NCBI RefSeq assembly: GCF_001194135.2
Contig: NC_068986.1
Location: 77,567,453-77,631,452 of the forward strand
DNA: 64,000 nt
Direction of reading: 5' to 3'
Origin: Octopus bimaculoides
Taxonomy: Eukaryota
Shown: piece after piece, positions 26,597-38,647 of the stretch
How positions within the stretch are numbered: the stretch's first letter is position 1
How the letters are laid out: the number at the start of each line of letters is the position of its first letter
The notes under the pieces: model-generated
What the model was told of the DNA's origin: nothing
What the model saw: only the letters and a program-made list of their open reading frames with translations
Database searches by the model: none
Position numbers and translations under genes: made by a program

Positions 26597-27091
26597 CATC
26601 CACACACATCCACCCATCCACCCATCCATCCAACCATCCATCCAGATAGTAGTAATTTGCAGTCACAGTCAGTTCAATTTGTCATGCCACCAAAACTAAC
26701 AGATATTACTACGTGCTCTTGTAGGAAAAAGGAAAGTAACCTATGAATGTTAATCTTAATTTTAATTTTAATTTAATTCTATTAATAGCTCTTTTCTCTC
26801 TACATAATCAATTTTAGTACATATTTTTGATAAGGTTTTTCAAAAACTGAAACATGTAAATGCATTCATATAAAAGGAAAATTAAAATATACTCAATTTT
26901 AAGAAAGTAGCATTTTCATTCTTNNNNNNNNNNNNNNNNNNNNNNNNNNNNNNNNNNNNNNNNNNNNNNNNNNNNNNNNTATATACATACATACACATAT
27001 TGTAGAAGTTGCATCTATTTAATAACAGGTTGTTGACTCAGGCCTGATTTACTGTTTTGTGGTAGAGAGTAACTTTGTTAATTCTCATGAA

Positions 27092-27122
<31 letters not shown>

Positions 27123-28840
27123 TGTATGCATGTATATATGCATATATGTATTTATATGTATGGATACATATGTGTATATGTATCTGTATCTCTGTCTGTG
27201 CTGTGCTCATAAACATGAGCATTGGGATATAAACTAAGTTAAATAAAATGTTAATTTTAAATTGCATCATTTGTGCACCATAACTTAGCAGTTTGAGAAA
27301 TAGAAGATAATAAAATAAGTACTAGACTGAAATATGTCTAATATGTGGAGATGATATGATATAACAATTTCCTCAAAACACATTCTGATTTCACAAGATG
27401 AAGTGTCTTTTAAAAAAAATTCTATAAAATTTTATTTTATATGGGAATAGTATACACCATTTCCATAATTATTTTTTAATAAATTCTCTTTTTAAAATAA
27501 TTTTTGTTTTATCTAACATCTAAAATTAGGGTAATGATTTTTGGAAAACTGTACATGGGTTTCACGACAGAATAAGTTTAGGAGCCAGTGTGATAAACTA
27601 ATATCTTGATGATGATGTCACACCCTTGTTACAATCCTATGATTAGAAACAGGAAAATCATAAAGTGAATGTCATATATGAACCAATATCAAATATAGTG
27701 TAATAAAATATTTTTGATGTTTTCCAATGTTTGGCTTAATAATCAGATGTTTACAAGGAATGACATGAGCCATTAGGCATATATATTATGCATATTGGTG
27801 TTGATTTCTATCAGGCACAAAGCTACAGATTTTGTAGAGAGAAGTATAAGTCACTAAATTTAATCTTGTACTTGACTGGTATTTTATCAATTCTTGAAGG
27901 ATGAAAAGCAGGGCTGGTGTAGCAGAATTATAACTCCCACCAGGTAAATCAATGAATTGGGCCCTATAATATTTATTTAGAGACAGCAAACTACAGCATA
28001 CACAGATTAGAATTGGGCCCCTAGACCTATAAGGTCTTTGGGCAATTGCCCAGTGTGCTCCTGCCTAAAGACAGCATTGATGGGATGCAAAGCTGATCTG
28101 GGTAGGATTTGAACTCAAAGTATAAAGAGATGTACGTAAATACAGCGAAGAATTTTATCTGCTGCTTCATCACCTCTATAAACTCACCATCTTATATGAT
28201 ACAAAAGCTGTCATAATACATCGCTGCTTCAATATCTAGTTGAAGCCATCTTCAATTAAGATAAATCAAAATTATATGCTACAAAAAAACCATAGCTGTC
28301 AGTGTTGCAAGTAAGTATGATTTGGTAGCATGTACCATGATTTTGCTCACTGTTTTAGGTGCTGTGTAGTCATAAACAAATGCAAACATCCTCTTGACCC
28401 TCCCACAGCTTATTCAGCAAAACATCCAGGATGTGACAGTAGGAGGAAGGGAGGGCTGCACTAATACTCAGTTTCTTCTCATTTCAGCTGTAAATTGGAA
28501 ATAAAGTGCTCAAGGGCACCATATAACAATCTAATGGTTGTGAGCTCAACATCTTTACCAGTAAGTCAAACACCTTTATTATGCGCTAAAACTGTAAAGA
28601 AATGTTGCTGGTGTTTCAACAGAGGTTTAACTTGTTAAATACTGCTAGATATAAAAACCTGAGATCATGCTCTATCTTCACCATCCCAGCTAGTATTCAA
28701 GAAATAAAAAGTCATTAATGATGGTAGGAAAAGGTTAGAATTGTATCAATGTTCTGAAAGATGTAGTAATGAAATAATGTTGTATTTCATATGAACATGA
28801 AGAAGAGGAAATATTTTTACTTAAAACAAATAGCACTTAC

Positions 28841-28967
28841 TTGCACACCTAAAATTCCAAATATGATAAAGAATGTGCAACATATAAGCACGATGTTTCC
28901 AATCGGTCTCAGAGAGGACAATAGAGTCTGCACTACTAATTTTAACCCTGGAGCTCGGCTGATCACT
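28841..28967 (-). CDS. Cav3: Cav3 exon, IIIS4-S5 linker and S5 ([42 protein letters not shown])
   Basis: 127 nt, tttttcag/gtaagt. The first nt completes CGA (Arg). Near-identical to the Cav3 VISRAxGLKLVV.[25 protein letters not shown] motif. Confidence 0.97.
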
Positions 28968-29388
28968 CTGAAAAATAATGAGAAGAAATATTAAAAAAGT
29001 TTTTTTCTGCCCTAGCATTTATCTTGTTACTGCAGCATCTGTATTTTGCATATTGATGCAACTGAGATGTTGCTTCAACCAATGCATCTCTCCCTCTAAC
29101 AACAGAGGCCAATCACTGTTAACCAGGCCTTAATGGCCTCATTATTTGCAACAAGGTAGTTTGGTGACTGAAAGTGGAATTTGAACTCAGAATGTAAAGA
29201 ACCAGAACAAACACTGCAAGACATCACACCCAGTTCTCTAAGAATTCTTTTAATCCACCACTTTTGACTGGCACTTTGTTTATTGATCCCACAAAAGAGG
29301 AAAGGCAAAGTTTACCTTGGCAAAATTTGAACTCAGCATTGCAGAAAGCTGGAACACATACCTCAAGGAATTTCATCACACACTTTAA

Positions 29389-29608
29389 CCCTTTAGTATT
29401 CAGATTATTCTGTCAAATGTAATGCTTATTTATTCAGATTCTTTTAAAGACATCATGCATTGTCTCATAGCTTTGAGATTGCGATGATGTGATTGTTTAT
29501 TTTTGGAATGATATTGTCAACCAGATGTGAGAAGTTGGATCAAACCAGTTTGATCATAAAATGGATAGACTATTTGGGCTGGATATGGTCTGTTTAAATG
29601 CGAAAGGG
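29389..29608. mobile_element. piggyBac-type MITE (TTAA target), 220 bp
   Basis: ttaa|CCCTTTAG...AAAGGG|ctaa. Inverted homolog of 38427-38647. Confidence 0.65.
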
Positions 29609-30770
29609 CTAATAACTCAGCCAAGTTCCAGCCCTCAGAATATCTAAAAGATAATGAATAATGTAGAATTTAATTTATAGATCTCTCAACAGAAATAAAA
29701 AGTCACTTGATTGGATGTCAGTTTTTAGACATACTGGAGCAGAGTTACTGGCAGAGGTACTTAAAACTCAAATTGCCTAATAACTAAGCTGGAAATTAAC
29801 TCACAGAAAGGTACAGTTCAATGCGCATAGCAGTGAAAGCACCAAATAATTGATAAATGTGGTTTCTTAACTTAGTGGGCTGAATTAAAATCCTCTTGTG
29901 GGCTGGGAAAAGGCAAATGAAAATTCACACATGTGTGCTTCCCTTCAGTTACTACATGAAGGAAAAGAATTCATTTAGTCCCTAACAATCACATAGGTTG
30001 TGAAGCCTTACAAAATGTATATTTAAGGAGAAAACTCACGATTATTATATGGATAAGAAAATACAATATCAGCTTATAGAATGTCTGTTCCTATCCTTTT
30101 ACCCTTTCTATTTCATCACAGAAATAAACAGGGGTTTACCTGGCAGTACAGAGGATAGTAAGGAAGGATTGATGTATTAGCAATGTATCAAACTGACTGG
30201 AAATCAATAAGTATCTCAGTGACTTACTCTTCATTAATTCTTCAATGTTATATTGGTGATTTTCTTATTTCATTATAATTACTTTCATAGCTTCTCATAG
30301 TAAAATCACTTTTTATTAAGATTATCTATCTTCTGTATAGGTTTTTTTTTCACCCCCTTTCTTCTTTTTAATACTACTTAATTTATCTTCTTGTAATAAT
30401 TGAATAGCTAAATGGAAAATAGAAAAAACATTGTTACTTCATTGGCTAACTGTGAGCAACCGATGAAAGAACTGTTTAATATTAGCTTGCAAGAGTGTTT
30501 AATTCTTTTTTCTTGGTTCTTACTACTGTTTTATTAATGAGATAAACCTGGAAATAGTATAGAAAAACATTTCACCAATTCAGTGATTAAGATCTGAGAA
30601 GTAACTATTGCTGCAGGAAAATGCAATGCCAAAGCTGATTAAGAAACTCGTAAGATTTGGCAGCTAAGATCTTTTCATGTGAAAGAACAAGTTATACAAA
30701 TAGATACATTCATGGAAACAGTAACTAATGAAATACTTGGTCAATTCATAAAATGTTTTCCATAGCTTAC

Positions 30771-30955
30771 CGTAGTGGCCTCAGGGTTCGTAGCAATCTA
30801 AACACTCGTAAAATTCCAAAGATTCTTGGACTACTCTGTGCCGTACAAGAGATAGTGATGTCGATAAGGGAAATAATTACTAAAAAACCATCCATTATAT
30901 TCCAGCCACTTTTCAAATATGCATGTCTTCCTATTATCCAGCCTTTGGCCAGAAC
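30771..30955 (-). CDS. Cav3: Cav3 exon, IIIS3-S4 (VLAKGWIIGRHAYLKSGWNIMDGFLVIISLIDITISCTAQSSPRIFGILRVFRLLRTLRPL-R)
   Basis: 185 nt, tttag/gtaagc, ends in phase 2. Contains WN..DG (S3) and the R-x-x-R voltage sensor LRVFRLLRTLRPLR. Confidence 0.97.
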
Positions 30956-31774
30956 CTAAAAGTATAAAAGATAAAAGTTAATGCGAAAGAATTTAATAAA
31001 CATGACGATATTAAAAATAAAAATAGGAAAAGAAGAATTCCTAACATCACTTTTTGATTTATTTTAGATTTCATTTTAGATTAAGTGTTATATTCTTCTA
31101 TTGATGTATATAACTTGTACACAACCGTAGTATGCAACAGTAGTAGCATCACTTTTGCTACTGCAGCTGCCAACATCACAACTTGCTAAAAAAGTTGGTG
31201 TGTTTCAAAAACTGAATCATCTGATGTCAGCAGATTGACAATGATTGATGAGCTTAATGGAGGGATCCTTTATTTGGTCATGAGACCCACTAGGAATAAC
31301 AGTCAAGTTTCCACCAAACCACACTGATCTGCATTAAAAACATAAAGGACAAATTACATAATCTAATATGAGAAAAAGATTAGGTGGTCATGATTCCAAT
31401 GCCTGCGATCAGAAGTCTGTTGAATTAAGTTTGAGTTGAGGTTAATATGACCTTAAAAGATATGTTAGTGATGCTATTTTTTTCCCTTTATCCTTTTCCT
31501 GCCATGCTGGTTATACAACCATGTCAGCAAATCCAGGTCAGCTCTGGCTGAGCAAACATGTTATCAAATGTGCTCCTGCTGTAACCATCCTGTCTTATTT
31601 TCAGACTGGAAACTCAGAATCACATGAGCTAATGTATCCTTCCTTTTGTAAGAATGTTGTTTGATCCAAAGTCAGATCTAGCCAAAAGCATCTGTGATCA
31701 ATGGTCAATGGTGTTCCATCTGTGACCATCCCATTTTATTAGTTTTTTTCTTAAGACATAATGTGTCTACAGTT

Positions 31775-32115
31775 ATAGAAGGACCCCCTTCAGTCATAAA
31801 TGACCATGAGATTGCACCTAGAAAGTTCCCTCCAAGGCACAAGTCCATGCAAGGTTGTTTAAGGAAGACCAGCAGTTTACTCATGCATACCAGCCTCCCC
31901 TTTCCATGCCACCAATGTTATCCAAGAGAAAAGTATAGGCCCATACAGTTTGGCACCAGTGATGTCACAACTCATTTCTACAGCTGAGTGAACAGGAGCA
32001 ATAGTAAATAAAGTGTTTTGTTCAAGAACACAACAGACAACCCAGTCTGGGAATCGAACTTACTACCTCATAATTGTGAGGCTGACACTCTAACCACTGA
32101 GCCATGTGCCTTCAT
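31775..32115 (-). mobile_element. SINE family A, full-length copy
   Basis: Reverse complement aligns end to end with 20967-21304 and 32385-32700. Confidence 0.8.
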
Positions 32116-32384
32116 ATCTAAAGTTATATTATATGATACATTCTTGCCTATATTTAAGATATTGAGTGAAATGAGTGAGGATTGGCTGCTCTCTGTAGCA
32201 TGTCCAACCACTACATCATGGCTTTCTCTTTGGATCATTACTTGATGTTAAATGGCTGTGTGATGAAATGCCACTTGTGGCATTTCATCTCTAAGATAAG
32301 GCTGGGAAATATCAAACAAAACATAAAAAAGAAATGATGTATAGAAACACTGTGTATCCCAGATTTAAGAAAAATTTATACCAC

Positions 32385-32700
32385 ATGGTAGTTAGAGTGT
32401 TGGGCTCACAATCATTTGGTAATGAATTTGATTCCTGGACCAGGCTGTGTGTTGTGTTCTTGAGCAAGACACTTTATTTCACGTTGCTCCAGTTCACTCA
32501 GCTGTAGAAATGAGTTGTGATGTCACTGGTGCCAAGCTGTATTGGCCTTTGCTTTTCCCTTGGATACCATCAGTGGTGTGGAGAGGGGAGGCTAGTATGC
32601 ATGGGCAACTGCTGGCCTTTCATAAACAACCTTGGTCAAACTTCTAGGTGCAATCCCATGGGTATTCATGACTGAAGAGGGTCTTTACCCTTACCCTTTT
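32385..32700 (+). mobile_element. SINE family A, full-length copy
   Basis: Same head, core and tail (gactgaagagggtctttaccc) as the other copies. Confidence 0.8.
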
Positions 32701-34029
32701 TACATTACATCCCTGTATGTTGTATGAAGCTATTTAAAGAGTTAGTGTGAAGATGGCTATTTAGCTGTCAAACAGTGCCTTAAAAAAATCTCATTCAGCT
32801 TATACCAGCATGGTAAACTGAACTTAAAACTGATGATAATGATGGCAATAATGATGATGGTGATAATTGTGATGATTGTCATTATGATGATGATGACGAC
32901 GACGACGATGATGATGATGATGTCAATAATTACGATGTTGCTGACTAATTTAATAAAGTTTAAAATTGAAACGTAGTTGTATTTTTAATAATGCATGTTT
33001 AAAAGAAAAGCTGTTACACGAATAAAACACATGCACCCCCACCCCGACAAACATGCACCCCACCACAAGCATGCAGACACATGCATTCACTGCATGCAGG
33101 TAGGTGCATGCACATATATACATGCACACATATGCACACCACACACACACATACACATGCACACACATACACACACACTCACACTTTGTGCCTGCATGCA
33201 TAACATACACATGTACATACATATGAGTTAATAATGTAGCTTCTAAGTGGTCACTTGACCTGCTAGAAATATTAGCGAAAAACCCAGAAATTATATCTGC
33301 CATCTTAAAGAGGGCTCACAAGCATTATATAAAGATAGATCTAGATAACCCTAAAAAAAGATGGGATGATCACAACTGGAATGCCTTTGAAAATAGGTCT
33401 GGCTAATCAAAGTTGACTCAGGGCTAAACTACGATAACATTGCATACTGTCATGCTTACATACATCCCACACACACATACATACATACATACATATGTAT
33501 ATATATNNNNNNNNNNNNNNNNNNNNNNNNNNNNNNNNNNNNNNNNNNNNNNNNNNNNNNNNNNNNNNNNNNNNNNNNNNNNNNNNNNNNNNNNNNNNNN
33601 NNNNNNNNNNNNNNNNNNNNNNNNNNNNNNNNNNNNNNNNNNNNNNNNNNNNNNNNNNNNNNNNNNNNNNNNNNNNNNNNNNNNNNNNNNNNNNNNNNNN
33701 NNNNNNNNNNNNNNNNNNNNNNNNNNNNNNNNNNNNNNNNNNNNNNNNNNNNNNNNNNNNNNNNNNNNNNNNNNNNNNNNNNNNNNNNNNNNNNNNNNNN
33801 NNNNNNNNNNNNNNNNNNNNNNNNNNNNNNNNNNNNNNNNNNNNNNNNNNNNNNNNNNNNNNNNNNNNNNNNNNNNNNNNNNNNNNNNNNNNNNNNNNNN
33901 NNNNNNNNNNNNNNNNNNNNNNNNNNNNNNNNNNNNNNNNNNNNNNNNNNNNGGTAAATTTTGAAAAATTAAGCATGTAAGCACAAGTCGTGTTTTCCTA
34001 TGACTCGTGTTTACACGCTTGTCTCGGTA

Positions 34030-34100
34030 CTCTGCTGAAGATAGTTGCCGAGCAGTGTATATTTTTATCTTGCTAAATAACTTGAAACCATGGTACAGAG
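34030..34100 (+). ncRNA. Type I hammerhead ribozyme fold with 8-nt palindromic stem III
   Basis: CTCTG-CTGAAGA(34035-34041)-T-AGTTG..TAACT-T-GAAA(34084-34087)-CCATGGT-A-CAGAG. Stem I CTCTG/CAGAG, palindrome ACCATGGT, GUA triplet with H at 34095, U-U at the base of stem II. Confidence 0.78.
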
Positions 34101-34422
34101 CATAGACAGGTAAAAGTTTTTATTTTTCATTCTCTTTCGAAATTATCCCTATTTTTGTGGTATAGAGTTTTTTGCTGCTCTTTCTAGCGGGTTAGATGTC
34201 CTATTATAGGCATCTCTGTATTTTAAATGAATAATATATATATAGTCTATTGACTAATTTTTATTCTCGCTGGACCACTGGTGGTAAATTAAATTTCTAA
34301 AATTTTTTTTGCTGCCCTATGATTTATTAATGATAATATTTATATATATATATATATATATCTATATATGTATGTATGTATGTATGTACATATATATATA
34401 TATGTATATATGTATATATTAT

Positions 34423-35056
34423 ACTAGCAGCTAAGCCCGGTTTCACCTGGTTGGTTTGGATGATGTGGCTGTAAAACCTGCTCTGTGTAAGCATTTGACT
34501 TGTTTGGGCACGCTTATGTTAAAAAGTAATTTTAGAATGACTTTTTTCTGTCAAAATGCTAAAAATAACTGACCAACAAAAAACAAAAAACAAAAAAAAA
34601 AACAAAAACAACTATGATTCAACCAAATCAGAAAATAAACCCAAATACTAAGCAAACAAAGATGAACCATCCCACTTCCATTGTCCGTGCACACGCACAC
34701 ACACATGCACGCACAGAGACACATTCACATACACATATATTCACACAGAGTTGAAATGCTGTTTGATTTATTTTTAACGCTGTTTGATTTATTTTTTTCA
34801 GCGTACACTATCAAGTATGACATCATCCTTTCCTTCCTTATTTATCTATCACCCTTTCCTTTCTCATTCATAAACATGAGTTTTATTATAGTAGATTATC
34901 TCGGTAACCATGGGGACTATGAAAAAAATACAAAGCCCAGCAACACCACCGGATTGTTCTACACAACTGTGTAATTTTTCATGGAATTCCACCCAGCCAT
35001 TTGACTATGAATCCCAAGACAAGAAAGAATTGCCCATGTCAAATTTATATGTATAG
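34423..35056 (+). mobile_element. Possible non-autonomous Helitron-like element, followed by a second similar start at 35057
   Basis: Starts actagcagctaagcccggtttcacc, has an internal CA-rich tract and ends tttatatgtatag-actag. The next unit starts actagtagagatacccggcattgcc. This resembles Lep1/DINE-type termini; no coding evidence. Confidence 0.35.
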
Positions 35057-35562
35057 ACTAGTAGAGATACCCGGCATTGCCTGTGTCACATGGAATTGAA
35101 GAATTAGACATTTCTTTTATATTTTCTCTAATGAACTGGAATACCTATGATTTGAATTTCATCAAAATTGGAGATTACGAATTTTAATGGGGGTTCTTTC
35201 TCTCTTTACACACCCTAACAAAAATTCTAATCATGACATATTTATCCCATACTACTCAACTTTCTTGCCCAGAACATAACGGAAGACGAAATACCGCTAA
35301 GCATTTCACCCAGCATGCTAACGTTTCTGCCAGCTCGCCGCATTTTGTGTGCTAATATTCTGCCAGCTCACTACCTTAATGATTGTGTAATATTTACAAC
35401 ATATTACATGTGATCCATGTTCATCTAATCAGACAAAGGTATAAAAAGCAATACAAGTGCCACTTGAAAAGTTACAAGATATATATTTGTTAAGACCACA
35501 GAGGAGGAATTAACATACACACAGAAAGGAGATCTTTTGATATATAAATAAGAAACAGGGTA

Positions 35563-35606
<44 letters not shown>

Positions 35607-35824
35607 CATGCAAATGGCACCTGTGCCAGTGGCATGTAAAAGCACCCATTACACACTTGGAGTGGTTGGCATTAGGAAGAGCATCCAGCTGCAGAAACCG
35701 TACCAAAGTAGACTGGAGCCTGGTGCAGCCTTCCAGCTTACCAGCCCTGGTCAAACCACCCAGCCCATGCCAGTTTGGACAGCAGATGTTAAGTGATGAT
35801 AATGATATATATACACACATATAT

Positions 35825-35990
35825 ATATAGCTCAAATTTACAGAAAACAAAAGACAAAAACAAGTGAGGGAACAACAAGCAAGTGTATTAGTTTGATGCT
35901 CAGGAAGAATGGAAAAGTCTCTGATATTTTGAGTCTATGCTCTTTGACAGAAAGAGGTGAGAGGAAAAAATGGAGTGAGAAAAAAAATGT
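35825..35990 (-). mobile_element. Third, more diverged copy of the 61045-61255 family
   Basis: Reverse complement tctttctgtcaaagagcatagactcaaaatatcagagactttt..aaactaatacacttgcttgttgtt..ttttctgtaaatttgagctatata. Confidence 0.55.
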
Positions 35991-36198
35991 GTAAGGATTG
36001 ATGTTTCATGACATGTAAAAGCACCCATTACACTGTCAGAGTAGTTGGCATTAGGAAGGGCATCCAAATATAGAAAACCATGCCAAATCAGACTGGAGTC
36101 TGATGCACCGTTCCAGCTTACCAGCCTTGATCAAACGTCGAACCCATGCCAGCATGGACAACGGACGTTAAATGATGATGATGATGATGATGATGATG

Positions 36199-36229
<31 letters not shown>

Positions 36230-36237
36230 TGACTTAC

Positions 36238-36306
36238 TTTTAATGTCATCTCCAATGAAAATATCACAGTAAAGCCATAATTAGAATAAGTTAGAAATAA
36301 TCGCTC
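36238..36306 (-). CDS. Cav3: Cav3 exon, IIIS2 (ERLFLTYSNYGFTVIFSLEMTLK)
   Basis: 69 nt, ttttcag/gtaagt, phase 0/0. Same size class and motif as the vertebrate ERIFLTLSNYIFT...EMTVK exon. Confidence 0.96.
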
Positions 36307-37293
36307 CTGAAAAGATACGATAAAGAAATTTTATGAAAAAGAAAAAAAAGAAAAAAAAACAGTACAAAGGTAATTTCAGAGATGCACTAGTTTAGTGAGT
36401 GGACTTGTTCTGTGATAATGTTTTAAAAATGAAACAATTGCATTGGTGGAAGGGTCACAGGAAGGGTCAAAATAAACAAATGCATACCATTATCCCTGAT
36501 CAGATACAATTCCAAGTGTTGATGATCAGAATTTAGATGTACAACAAAACTTTTTGACATTTTATTGTAGATAATTCCTTCTAACCTATACACAACTCCA
36601 TTATTTATTAAAGAGCAAGGATTAGGCATTTACATCAAGCCCAACACTTAAGTGATATCTCATTAACCCCATAGAAAATAAAGGAAAAATTGACCTTATC
36701 AAGAAAGAAAATCGAGAGTAAATGTAAATGCCTATGTTTAAACTGGATTTGATGACCCTTTGTCCTTGTATCCATGTAATACATATACACTCACATTTAT
36801 ATATATACATATATATATATATANNNNNNNNNNNNNNNNNNNNNNNNNNNNNNNNNNNNNNNNNNNNNNNNNNNNNNNNNNNNNNNNNNNNNNNNNNNNN
36901 NNNNNNNNNNNNNNNNNNNNNNNNNNNNNNNNNNNNNNNNNNNNNNNNNNNNNNNNNNNNNNNNNNNNNNNNNNNNNNNNNNNNNNNNNNNNNNNNNNNN
37001 NNNNNNNNNNNNNNNNNNNNNNNNNNNNNNNNNNNNNNNNNNNNNNNNNNNNNNNNNNNNNNNNNNNNNNNNNNNNNNNNNNNNNNNNNNNNNNNNNNNN
37101 NNNNNNNNNNNNNNNNNNNNNNNNNNNNNNNNNNNNNNNNNNNNNNNNNNNNNNNNNNNNNNNNNNNNNNNNNNNNNNNNNNNNNNNNNNNNNNNNNNNN
37201 NNNNNNNNNNNNNNNNNNNNNNNNNNNNNNNNNNNNNNNNNNNNNNNNNNNNNNNNNNNNNNNNNNNNNNNNNNNNNNNNNNNNNNNNNNNNN

Positions 37294-37344
<51 letters not shown>

Positions 37345-38426
37345 ATATATCACCATCAAGAGAACATGAAATAATGCTTTTTAAAATTGAAAACTTAAAG
37401 CAGATGAAGTTATAAACAATAGCATGTAAATGTTGGATTTAAAAAGTTGTTGGTTAGCAAATGTCGTTTGGTTTGTTTCACATCTGGTTTCCCTTGGTAG
37501 CACAGCTTAGGTTTGTCTTCCATACTGTTTACTTGCTAAGCCCATACATTCTACACCCTAAACACCTAAGATTGTGGCCAGTTTAATACAAATGAAGGTG
37601 GTAAAAGCTGGAAAAGTAATTGAATTATAACATTTCAGTGAACTTTACATATCTAATGGTAATCTAAAACTGACTATTCTTAGAATGTTCATGGAAGAAA
37701 AAGACCAAAAAATCACACAAAACTAAAAAAACTCACAAACTACAGAGCAATCCAGCCTATACTAGAAATAAACAGAAATCACATACAATGAATAAAAATA
37801 ACACTGAATAGAATTTCGGAAAGACTCTCATTAAATGACAAACAGTTGATAGAAATCACTGTAAATAGTTAAGAATGCAGCTGCACATGTCTTGAAGGTG
37901 GCAACTTACAGGAAAATTTGACACTTTAGAATGTCTACATAATCTTGGCTGTAGGCCTGATATACATGATAAATTGCTTTTAGAAGAACTTTCACTGGCA
38001 TTATCTATACTGGAATTTATATTTTTTAAATGTATTTACATTGGTTTTTTCTAAAATAGAGTAAGTTCTATTGTGGTACAAGCCTAGAAATGTGGAGTAT
38101 TAAATGCTGCTGCTTCTACTGGTGAAAATAATCCTTTCTAAGAAGGCACAAGACCTGAAATTTGTGGGGAAGGGCAAGTCGATCATATCAACCACAGTAC
38201 ATAAGAGGTAGTTATTTCATTGACCCTGAAAGGATGAAAGGCAAAGTCGACCAAGGCGGAATTTGAACTAAACATTAAGATGGACAAAATGCCACTAAGA
38301 ATTTTGCCTGGCATGTTAATGATTCAGCCAGCTCACTGCTTTCTACTGATGATAATAATGATTGTGTAAAAAGGCATTCAATTTTGCCTTATTAACAGTC
38401 ATCCCTTGTTAATGCTAACTTTTTAA

Positions 38427-38647
38427 CCCCTTAGCATTCAAACTGGTCATATCCAGCCCAAAATGTTCTACTTGTTTTATGTTCAAACTGGCTTGATTTG
38501 GCTTTTCACACCTACATGACAATGTCATTCAAATCATAAACAATTGCATCATAGAAATCTCATAACTACAAGATAATGCATGAATAATTCAAAAGAGTGT
38601 GAATGAATAAGTATTACATTTGACAGAGTAATCTGAATGCTAAAGGG
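38427..38647. mobile_element. piggyBac-type MITE (TTAA TSD), 221 bp
   Basis: ttaa|CCCCTTAGCATTCA...TGAATGCTAAAGGG|ttaa, with intact TTAA on both sides. Confidence 0.75.

Noticed and set aside
28791-30959. Plus-strand ORFs 28791..28994 and 30753..30959 (also 44598..44843)
   Set aside because: Antisense shadows of Cav3 exons with no independent support.
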